Source: Perkinsus olseni (Eukaryota). From it: a stretch of DNA of 20,000 bases. The notes under the pieces were generated by a model. It saw only the letters and a program-made list of their open reading frames with translations, did not search any database and was not told the DNA's origin. The stretch is from positions 60,307-80,306 of the forward strand of contig JABANN010000076.1 of assembly GCA_013115125.1 (NCBI GenBank), written 5' to 3'. A program made the translations under genes and the position numbers. Shown here in pieces: positions 11,189 to 20,000 of this stretch (within the stretch, counting starts at the first letter, position 1; each line of letters opens with the position of its first letter).

Positions 11189-13541
11189 ATGTCAACAACA
11201 GTCCCAATAATCGTAAAGTGGGGTAAGGCTACTTACAATGTTGAGGTTAACACCGCCGAGCCTGTTGCTGTTTTGAAAGTAATACAGGGGTCAGTAGCAA
11301 GCCCTCTATCAAGAAGGATTCGAACCTGCGTCGTCTTCACTTCGTCTCGGGACTCTACCATTAGCGCAAGCTCGCTTCCTCAGGCCCAGCTGGAGAACCT
11401 CACGAGTGTGCCGCATGACAAGCAGAAGATTATGGGGTTGCCAGGCGGCCTTTTGAAGGACGGCGATGATCTTAGCAAGAAGATCAAGAAGCCCAATCAG
11501 AAGATCACGCTGTTAGGTCGGTGCTTTTCCGTCCAGTCTCGTAACATCCTCGGCGGTCCTCAGGAACAGCCGTGGCTCAGCAGTTGAAGGAGCCAGCCAA
11601 GAACACTGTCTTCGTGGAGGACTTATCAGATGAGGAGAGGAGGAAGGTTCTCAAAGTACAAGTTGCTGCGCCTCGCTTTTACGATCGTCGCCGAACGGCT
11701 GAAGGGTAGCTGTGGTGACAGACGACTCGCTCGTATCGGACACGCCGAAAACCGGATGATGAGCTTGATGTGACCCATTCGTCAGGAGCGGGAAGTCGAG
11801 ACGCTGCCCATTGGACTGGTCAACTTGGGCAACTCCTGTTACATGAACGCCACCCTACAGGCCCTCTACGCAGTCCCTCCGCTTCGAAAGGCCCTACTAG
11901 AGTACCAGCCAGGGGTTGAAGTATCCTTATCACTCTGTTCCGGCTCAGTTACGATAGCGGTGCCCACACTGAAGGCAGCAGTCAAGAGCGCGGCCTTAGC
12001 GCTCTCATCCACCAGACTTTCAAGGACCTCGGCACTAAGGCTGATGCTCTCGAGCCTGCTAGCCTGTTCATGCTGCTGCGAGTCATGTATCCCGAGACCT
12101 TTGGCAAGACAACTCAGGGAGGTACTGATAACGCGGGGCTCGTCGTGTTCGAAGATTCTCGGAAGTCTTAAGAATGTGATGGACGGCCGAAGCCGAACTC
12201 GATTGGCACGAAAAATGGAAGTTTTCTGGACGATCGGTCTTAGCCTCGTCGGCAGGTATTCCGCAGCAACAGGATGCTGATGAGTTCCTCCGTGCTCTCA
12301 TGCTTAATTTATCGGACACTGTCAAGACAGCCTCCAGCGGCAACATTATCGATGATCTCTTTGGCTTTACTATGAAAACCAAACTGCGGTAATACACCAT
12401 CATCACAGTAGTTCGTGTCCTCGACAGCCGGCGCTGTCAGGTGCCTGGAGACTGACGCTGAGCCAGAGTCCACTTCCGAGGAGCAGCACCGTGTGTTGCT
12501 GTGCCATATGGGTACTCCTACCGACCCTGTAGGCCATCTCTATCAAGGGGTACAGCTCAGTCTGAAGGAGCCCATCACTAAGCGGGCCTCCGTAAGCGGA
12601 ATTGTAATGCGCGAGGAAGGCTAACTCGTCATGGCAGGTGCTGGGACGAGACGCGCAGTTTGAGAAGTCATCGGCGATGGACTCCCTGCCGGAGTACCTC
12701 ATCGTAGAGTTCGCCAGATTCCAATGGAAGGGGGAGAGCACTTCGGCTGGTAAGTGCGTGGCTGAGCTTTCCGATGCCTCTAGGGCTGTCGAATAAGGCA
12801 CTCATGCGACAAGGACTAAGATCACACGGAAGGTTACGTTCCCGCAAGTACTGGATGTGTACGACTTCTGCACGGAGGATGTGCAGAAGCAGCTCACTCG
12901 TGGAAGGCAGCGCAGACGGTAGTATTGCTCGGGCGGGCTTCAGTGGCGGAGAGTACGACGTTAGAATCTATATGGACGAGCAAGAGCGGAAGAAAATCCT
13001 GGCGAAGGAGGCCGCTCGGAAGGACAGTGATGTTGAGATGACCGCTGAGGATAAGTCAGTGGACACCAGTGTGCCACAGGTGGGAGATGTCGTCGGCTAC
13101 GATGAAGGGAGAAGTTGGTATCAGATACCTACGGGTAACTACCGATGCGTATCAATAGTCTCCCACGAGGGGCGATCAGCTGAGGGGGGTCACTACATGG
13201 GCTGGGCTAAGTAGGTCAAGATAAACCGGCGGGACTGCGTTATCGACCTCGATTAGGTTCAAGGATGCCGATGGTGATGTGTCCAAGGATGACCAGTGGG
13301 TTAGGTTCAATGATGACAAGGTCACTCAGCATGATTGGAAGTAGGCCAAGCTGCAATGCTTACCGTGCAGTAGGTGTGGTGTAGGTACGTGGTGGACCAG
13401 TTGGTCGGTGGCCGAGCAGACACCCAGATAGCCTACATAGTTATCTATCAGAAGGACAAGGTGCCCGATGGCTCTATCGAGGAGATCGTCGATGAGGAGA
13501 TGGAGATGGAGTCCAATCCTGAGAAGAAGGCCAAGCAGTGA
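11189..13541 (+). CDS. USP14: Proteasome-associated deubiquitinase USP14/UBP6
   Basis: N-terminal UBL (VKWGK...LK|AQLENLTSVPHDKQKIM..GGLLKD), linker TVFVEDL, Cys box GLVNLGNSCYMNATLQAL, QQQDADEF, LPEYLIVEFARFQWK, His box HEGRSAEGGHYMGW, WVRFNDDKV. All joins checked are GT-AG. Stop TGA at 13539-13541. Confidence 0.94.
11311..11376 (-). pseudogene. Degenerate tRNA-like / Pol III A-box+B-box element, antisense in USP14 intron 1
   Basis: Minus strand reads TGCGCTAATGGTAGAG...GCAGGTTCGAATCCTTC. It has a perfect B box (11316-11326), a 4/5-bp T-stem and a D-loop-like AATGGTAGAG at tRNA-like spacing, but no intact acceptor or anticodon stem. Confidence 0.42.
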
Positions 13542-13859
13542 TTATCATAACAGTGTGATAATAACATACTAGATTTTCCTCTGCCGCTGTTGTTGTGTGA
13601 GGACCAGTGTGATTCAGCAAGGCTCATAGTGGGAAGCAGCAGAAGAACTATCCGCTACTGACGTTTTGACTGCTACCCTCTACACCATTTGCCGATTGCT
13701 ACTCTCAGCATCGAGGTGGGCACGGATAGGTCATCGATAATCCTGAAATATCGCATTAATTTGATTCATTCTGGTGTCGGTTAAAATGGCGTAATATCCA
13801 CCGAGCTGCGTCATGTCTTGGTCATTGCTCAACTCGTGACTACGCAACAGCACGGTATT

Positions 13860-15038
13860 TCAGAAACAGGCATGCACTGAGTTCCGGACCGACTGCGCAC
13901 CAGAGTCGGCAGCCGCCATGGCGACAGCTTTACTTAGGCTGGCTATGTCCAACGGGCTAAGATGAGCCGATCCTTCCATTATACTCGGCAGGAGGCCCCA
14001 AGCAAGGTCAGCAGCCTCGGGCCAATGAGCCAGGGCCCAGACGACGTTGCAGCACTCTCGTATGCTGAAGCCAACGGTGATGAGGTCGATGAGTTCGGAG
14101 CGGTCAGGACAGGGCAGCTCGAGGACGCACAAACTCCACAAGTAATTGGCGACGTTCTGAGACGTCCGCTGCTTCAGCGGCTTCATCTTTACCCGTCGCA
14201 AAGGGACGACCAGGCCAGCCTGTTTACACCGTGCCAGCGCCCATAAGGTGTTGGTGACGGCTTGCGTGGAGCTGAGCCGTACCGTTGATGCTCGGTATGC
14301 AACCTTGGAGATGCAGCCTTGGACAGCCTTAACGTAATGCTCGGCAGGGATGAGAGGTAGAGACTTGGCCAGACCCCAGGAGACCATGCTGAGGTCCTGG
14401 GAATTAAACTCGTCCATCCTAGCCGCGGCCGCCTTCACGAGGCAAGTCATCACGATCTCATCAGTGAACTCCATTTTGACGAAGCCCCAGAAAACCGCCG
14501 CCAACTGCTTCGGCTCGATGACCCCACACTTGATTAGGTCCATAGCTGTGATTCTCTTGGCAACAACAGCAAGAGTTGTTAGGCACTGCCGAGGGTTCAG
14601 CCCGGAGATGGTAAGGCTATGGACAACATTAGCGACATCACCACCATTCACCTCATCACACGACATTGCTATCCTAGCGAATTCTAGGATGTGCTCTAAC
14701 TGTTTGGTCACAGCTAAGGCCCAGGTCATCGTCGCGGCCTCCCTGGCACGCCAGCCATGGACGGTTTCAAGGGCCAATTTCGGTACCTCCGACAGGCGCA
14801 TCGGCCTCGGTTTACCGCCCCGGAACCATACAGCGCATCGATGCATCGCACAGGCGTAGTTCACACTGCCCAGCTTAGCGGAGTTGGAGAGGACCAGCTC
14901 GAGGACAGCATCCGGCGTAGAGGCGTCCATCAGTTTCCGCTGGAGGATGAGGTCGCCCGACTTGCCACCACTCATTCGACCGGCCACCTCGTACAAACGT
15001 CCCTTGATGTGGAGCTCATTGGGTCTTACTAAGGACAT
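13860..15038 (-). CDS. Helical-repeat (OPR/HPR, RAP-protein-type repeats) putative organellar RNA-binding protein
   Basis: 392-aa ORF with repeats WRAREAATMTWALA, IEPKQLAAVFWGFVK, FNSQDLSMVSWGLAK, SSTQAVTNTLWALAR, RTSQNVANYLWSL, FSIRECCNVVWALA. Its N-terminal module (LQRKLMDA...LGSVNYACAMHRCA) resembles that of the 1425-4463 gene. Further small 3' exons toward ~13670 are possible. Confidence 0.78.
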   Translation of the reverse strand: MSLVRPNELHIKGRLYEVAGRMSGGKSGDLILQRKLMDASTPDAVLELVLSNSAKLGSVNYACAMHRCAVWFRGGKPRPMRLSEVPKLALETVHGWRAREAATMTWALAVTKQLEHILEFARIAMSCDEVNGGDVANVVHSLTISGLNPRQCLTTLAVVAKRITAMDLIKCGVIEPKQLAAVFWGFVKMEFTDEIVMTCLVKAAAARMDEFNSQDLSMVSWGLAKSLPLIPAEHYVKAVQGCISKVAYRASTVRLSSTQAVTNTLWALARCKQAGLVVPLRRVKMKPLKQRTSQNVANYLWSLCVLELPCPDRSELIDLITVGFSIRECCNVVWALAHWPEAADLAWGLLPSIMEGSAHLSPLDIASLSKAVAMAAADSGAQSVRNSVHACF

Positions 15039-15434
15039 TCAAGAGAGCAACACTATCACCATGCTGGCTGCTGCTGCTGCAACACACGAGAAGGACGGGT
15101 CTCAACAGGGAACCAAAACGGTCTCAAGGTGGGGTATCCGAGCGCTACAGCGAAATTCCATTGGCTAAGACGCGGGTAAGCACAAACTACTATGATGATC
15201 TGTATCAGTCCTCGTCACCACTAGCCATCGAGATTCGAACACAACGCCTAACAGTGGTGCGAAGGGAATCATTACGGCATCACAACAACATGGTTACCAC
15301 TCCTCCCCGATGCAATGAGGCGTCCTCCTTGGGAACCCGTCCTTCTACTAGCCCTTCAGAAATCACGACGGGAGGAACCCTTTCCAGAGCTATCTTGTTC
15401 GTGCTGTCCATCCTTGCGCCTACAACTCGGTGTT

Positions 15435-15610
15435 CACTTGCCATTTTGCCGGAGGAGAGCATTGATGGCAGCCCGAAGTGGTAAGGCCCTTCCGGGTATT
15501 CGGCCCTGGTTAAGGGAAGCAGAGGCAGACAGACTTTCCTCCGCAGAAAAGTCAAAGTCCGTAGACATGAAGCGACTCACCATACCACACCATTCCCATC
15601 ACAGCTCTAA
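15435..15610 (-). pseudogene. Possible decayed fourth copy of the secreted 4-Cys family
   Basis: AGC TGT GAT GGG AAT GGT GTG GTA TG|gtgagt (SCDGNGVV plus a phase-2 donor) mirrors the exon-2 ends of copies A and B. Downstream FSAEE...NQGRIPGRALPLRAA resembles copy B FSAEEANNANEDWIPKVELPIRFA. Stop codons flank it. Confidence 0.3.
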
Positions 15611-16423
15611 CACAGAACGACAACTCCGCATGACTAGCGTGAAACTACGAGTCGGCATGAACGAGTAAGAAACTCTCATAGCCTATCAATAAGGGAGATA
15701 TAGTTCCTGCTGCCTCGAAGCTCTCTGGTGGAGGCTGAACAAAGGTGGTGTGAACAACAGCATGTAGACATCATAACAGCATGCTCAGCACTCCTTTGGA
15801 AAAAGAATTAGCATTCCAGCCACAAAGACCGCCCTTGAAGCGATTCCAGGCTCTTGAGAATCTCCTCACCCTCAACGGCGTCGAAGGAGACCTCGCTAAA
15901 GCGTGAGCTAAGCGATGAGACTTCTTGCACGGGAGGCCGTGACGAAAGAGAGCGCGTTAGCCATTCAATTACTAATGCTTCAATGAAAATTCAACGACTG
16001 TCATTGATGGCAGCTTCGAAAAAGCAATTTACCGTACTGTCGTTCTGGTTGCGTGAGGAAAGGGGAAGAGTATTTCTTAATGAATCCACAAATTGAGACA
16101 GGTGATTCCTAAGTAACCAAAATCCCATGCCATTATACAATCAGTCTGGTGACCGGCTACCATTCATTGGGTAACAACCAATCAACGGTTACCGATGAGC
16201 CTGATTGGGTAACCTCAGACAGTGTAGCCGAAACGACAGAAGAATTCCAGGACGTGATTCAGGACGGAAGATTGAGGAAGCCAACCCGAGACGCTCCGGA
16301 ATCGGAGGTCAGCAGTGGAAGCGTGGACTGATACCGCAGCGGCAAATGAGCGGGCAACAACTCAAGCCCACAGTGGCGCGAACAACATCGTACGAAGAGC
16401 TGGTCAACATGGCCAACATCTCA

Positions 16424-16640
16424 CTCAACCTCAACCTCCAACACCTTCCCCTTCAACTCCTCTCCTTTCTCTTCTACTTCTTCGCCTTCAGCTTCCTTGA
16501 CCATACCCTCCCCCTTCTCCTCTTCCTTCTGCCCCTTGCCCTGCACCACCACCACCTCCTCCTTCTCTCCTTCCTCTTCCTTCTCCACTATCTCCTTCTC
16601 CCAGGCTTGCCCCTCCTCCTCCTCCTCCTCCTCCTCTTCG
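16424..16640 (-). repeat. Purine-rich (GAG/GGA/AAG) low-complexity tract at the end of copy A
   Basis: (CCT)n and CT-rich sequence on the + strand. On the minus strand it reads Gly-rich in one frame and Glu/Lys/Val-rich in the next. Confidence 0.85.
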
Positions 16641-17311
16641 CAGTGATTGCCGAAGCAGTTTACGTCCCAGGAACCTTCCCTTCTTCATCCTTCTCCTTGA
16701 ACTCTCACCATCTTCAGAAGAGGATGTTGAAGGAACCCAAACCGGTTGGACTCTGCGACAGAGCATCTCAATGAAGCGTTTATTTTTGCTCCTCTCCTCC
16801 AAACCCATAAGCCTGATTGCCATAAATTCCACCGCTATTTTGCACATGCCCGCGCGAGACAGTTCCTGGAAATTGGTGGCCACTCTGGCGGGCTCCTTGA
16901 CTTTAGGTAGCCAGCCTTCGGTAGCATTGGTCGCCTCCTCTCGGCTGAGGGAATGCAATCTAGCGTCTACTTAGTAGACTCTTCTAAGCAAAACCTGAAG
17001 GGCTCACCTCATCGGGGCCTTCCCATCACAGTTCAAATGGATGATATCAATAGCCGTCTTTTTGTACTCCGAAAGTGACGGTCTGGTATCATCCGGGAGC
17101 CACTTGAACGTGGCTTTATGGCCCTCCTTCCCAATAACAGAGCATCTAGATCCATCTCCCTTCGTCACCTGCGAACGATCGGTGCCGGACAGAGCTCATA
17201 CGCGAAGCTAGTCCCCACTTCGAAAGAGCAAGCCATGGTTATTAAGGCAGCGAGGAGCAAGAAGGAGAGCCACAACGGGGAAGCCCCGATGGCAGCGGTA
17301 GAGCCCATCAT
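16488..17311 (-). CDS. Putative secreted 4-Cys protein, tandem copy A (tail probably frameshifted; alternative stop at 16421)
   Basis: MMGSTAAIGASPLWLSFLLLAALITMACSFE|VTKGDGSRCSVIGKEGHKATFKWLPDD...AIDIIHLNCDGKAPM|...REEATNATEGWLPKV...MCKIAVEFMAIRLMG...NKRFIEMLCRRVQ. Introns are 17169-17218 and 16960 (or 16945)-17007. Confidence 0.8.
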
Positions 17312-17691
17312 TAAAAGTACCTTGAAGAAGACTATCTATTGTACGACGGACGTTCTATCCGACGCCTCGATATCCCCTATGCATCGGCGCTGGGAACAGA
17401 ACCCATCGGGAGAAACAACAACGACGTAGAATTCACTTGGTGGCCTTCTAGATAAGGGAGTCTCCATCGCCTCCTGTTCACAGACTTCTCCCTCCCGTGG
17501 CCCACTTGCCATAGAGGACAATTCCACTCACGCAGATTCGGAGTTTGAGCCTATTGAGCAAACGTTGTTAGGGGCCTTCAACTTCCTCTGCCGCGGAGAT
17601 CATCAGCCAACATCCCCTCAGAAGCCAATTTGCACAACCCATGCTTTCCAACATGGACAACATCACTAAGACATCAAAAGAGCATTATGAA

Positions 17692-18397
17692 TCACCACCA
17701 TGGACACAACTTCTTGAAGCACTTGAAGTGGCGCAGGAACCTGCGCGTTCTCGACCTTCCTTTCTTGAATCCATCCTCGTCCTCTGATGCTGAAGACACA
17801 TCGGACATTGAGGAGGTGAGGGAGGTATCGAGCGACTGAATTTTGCTGCACAACTTCGTTATGATATACTGATTCCCGCTTCTCTCTCCGATCATCATGA
17901 GGTCCTTCGCCATCACCTCCACCGCCACTTTGCACATGTCCGAGCGAGACGGCTTCTCAAAATGAGTAGCGAATCGGATTGGCAACTCCACTTTAGGTAT
18001 CCAGTCCTCATTGGCATTGTTGGCCTCCTCGGCGCTGAAGGAAGCGTTATTACCGTCCAGCGGCTGCCTCTTACTTTACCGCGCTGCTGCCATCACAGCT
18101 CAGATAGATGATTCTGATAGCTGGGTTCTTGTACTCCTTGAGTGAAGGCCGAGGGTCCTCCGGAAGCCACTCAAACGTAGCCTCACGACCATGCAATCCG
18201 GCAACAGAGCAAGCTGTCTCACCTTGCTTCGTCACCTACGAGCAATTGGGTGACGAACCAGCACTCAGAGAGCACGCACTAGAGAGACAGCAGCCCCATC
18301 TTACTTCAAATGAGGATGTGATGGTGAGCATCGAGACAGCGACTAGCACAAGAAGGCGGGTCGGGGAGGCTGCGATAACGAGGATGCAGTTAGTCAT
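17692..18397 (-). CDS. Putative secreted 4-Cys protein, tandem copy B
   Basis: MTNCILVIAASPTRLLVLVAVSMLTITSSFE|VTKQGETACSVAGLHGREATFEWLPEDPRPSLKEYKNPAIRIIYLSCDGSSAV|..AEEANNANEDWIPKV...MCKVAVEVMAKDLMM...NQYIITKLCSKIQ...KKGRSRTRRFLRHFKCFKKLCPWW*. Intron 1 (18236-18304) is at the same position as in copy A. Confidence 0.82.
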
Positions 18398-18644
18398 CAG
18401 GGAAACTCCGAAAACTCGACTACTCCTAGCAAGATGGCTTATCAGAGACGAACTGTCCCTACTATGCTATCACACAGGTATCAAGCTGTCCTAAGGAATG
18501 GACGAAGAGAGCACTGAGGCGCTAATGTCTATGAGTAGGGTGGCCTCTGCTGGTACGGGTTTGGGGCCTGGGATCATTGAGAGCACTACTTCACAGCTAG
18601 GGAGGGTACAACAGGACAGCGACATGGACAGACCACGCTCCGGC

Positions 18645-19545
18645 TTATAGAATGAGGGACCTCCTATCTTCCTTCTTCCCGGCTGGCACTCTCCTTCTCA
18701 TTTGGCTGATAGGTGATTCCAGAGGCTTGGTACAGAGACTCTTCACAACCCCTTTGTTGGTCAAGCTACCCCTACCCAAAAGGCTACTAGCCAACCTCTC
18801 AACGCCCGCCTTGCACAGATTAAAGGGTATGCGGCCCACACCGTAAGTCTCCAACACGATGTCCGCAGTGGGTACGTGTCGGAGGACCTTCCTGTCGACC
18901 TCCTGGGCAGTAGGGTACCTTAGGAGTAGAACAAGGAGCGATACGACGTGACTTACGCTAATGAGTAGTGTGGTTCATACTAAACAGGAGATGCGAACGA
19001 GGGAAGGAACGGCGCGACGTTGCTCCGTACTTAGCATCCAAGGGGACAGTTCCGTAGCTCGCTGTTGCCCACGCCCACCCAGATGCACCTTGACCAGCAG
19101 CGACAGTGGTTCTGAGGACGATGACTGTGATAGATGAGCTCAGCTTGAAACGCATTACGAGGATGAGAATCGCCTTAGCCTAGAAGGCAGTATCGTCTCC
19201 GGCTCCTTTTTCAGGACATCAACAGCCCCACAGCGTAGGCCAGCGATGTAGATGGCCGGGGCTTGTTCGAACGTAGAGGAGTCCCTCTCTGATTTGGGAT
19301 TCACGAAAATATCTCCTTGTCGCCAAGGCCAGTAGAAAGTGGCGCTGCCGGCCCCGTGCGCATCGACGATGCACTCTCCAGTCGCGTTGTTCGGCGGTTC
19401 GAGAAACTGATAAGAAGCTCGCAGTGTAACGGGATGGGTCGCTTGAGCTTACGGTGAGCTGAGCCGTAGTTGATGATAGCCTCGAGCAGAGGCAGAGGAT
19501 GGAAGCCACACTCCTGAACTGCAGCGAAGATGTGCGACGAGACAT
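18645..19545 (-). CDS. Putative secreted 4-Cys protein, diverged tandem copy C (middle exons unresolved)
   Basis: MSRRTSSLQFRSVASILCLCSRLSSTTAQLT|FLEPPNNATGECIVDAHGAGSATFYWP...PAIYIAGLRCG ... PFNLCKAGVERLASSLLG...NKGVVKSLCTKP. The phase-0 intron 19407-19452 follows the leader as in A and B. Splicing of 18920-19180 could not be fixed. Confidence 0.65.
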
Positions 19546-19929
19546 CTAGGATGGTACTAGAAACAGGTCAAGGAAAAGGAGAGCAAGTCAACCTTCACGA
19601 GGGTTACCGGAGCTACTCATGTCATTGAACTGGTTGGCAAGGACGGAAAATGCACTTCGAGCGCATCTCAAGGGCGCCTCGTATATAGGGCGAGCGAGCA
19701 CGCAGGGCTGAGGTAAGGCGACCCCATTTACACCAGGCCACACTGACAGCACGGGTGAAACACCTATGCCTCACTCCCCGTAACTCATAGCCGCAAGCAT
19801 CGTTATTACACCCCATTTAATTCGGACAGGGGTTACCCCTGAAGGGTAGCCTCCACCTCAGGAGCTGGGCACACCTCAAACATTATGTTTGAAACAGTTT
19901 GAAACATAGGCTCAAACTGGTGACGGCCG

Positions 19930-19945
19930 CACGGTGGTACCAAAA
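19930..19945 (+). mobile_element. Possible left terminal inverted repeat of a Transib-like DNA transposon
   Basis: CACGGTGGTACCAAAA preceded by GC-rich GGCCG. The partner end would lie outside the window, so this is unverified. Confidence 0.2.
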
Positions 19946-20000
19946 TTCAAAGTGCCCCGAGAGAAAAAGCCATTGAAGGGCATCACTTTAAATGTCTACC

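Noticed and set aside
11656-11785. snoRNA or U5-like RNA in a USP14 intron (ATGATGA, AGACGA, GCTTTTAC)
   Set aside because: The C box has no downstream D box, there is no terminal ACA or proper pocket, and the U5 loop lacks its stem and Sm site. Kept only as a structured intron.
16205-16774. 189-aa Leu-rich, membrane-looking + strand ORF
   Set aside because: Antisense shadow of the GAG/AAG-rich tail of copy A.
17725-17760. RxLR (RFLR) oomycete-type translocation motif in copy B
   Set aside because: It is C-terminal rather than just after the signal peptide, has no following dEER, and is not conserved as RxLR in copies A or C.
1-20000. CRISPR arrays, prokaryotic operons/defence systems, rRNA, spliced-leader gene or relics, retroelement ORFs
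   Set aside because: The DNA is intron-rich and eukaryotic. I saw no spaced direct repeats, no CCGTAGCCAT...GGCTCAAG leader and no RT, integrase or transposase motifs.

Overview
Gene-dense eukaryotic (protist) DNA with many very short GT-AG introns, mostly about 44-54 nt. The style, together with the expanded helical-repeat genes and a flagellar gene, resembles a myzozoan alveolate such as Perkinsus; this is inferred, not confirmed. The ORF track fragments most genes, so I spliced them by hand. From left to right: glyoxalase I (-, partial); two HPR/OPR-like helical-repeat genes (-), the second carrying an antisense tRNA-Ile(AAT) inside an enlarged intron; a CFAP221/PCDP1-like flagellar gene (-); an NT5C-type HAD nucleotidase (-); USP14/UBP6 (+), with a decayed tRNA-like element in intron 1; a third helical-repeat gene (-); and a tandem array of three diverged paralogues, plus a possible relic, of a signal-peptide, 4-Cys protein family that I do not recognise. 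The most notable observations are this secreted family (one copy has a frameshifted tail), oversized introns that appear to fold back to a near-constant ~45-51 nt effective length, antisense intronic tRNA/tRNA-like elements, a splice acceptor fused to a (CAG)10 polyQ tract, and a possible Transib-like terminus at the right edge.
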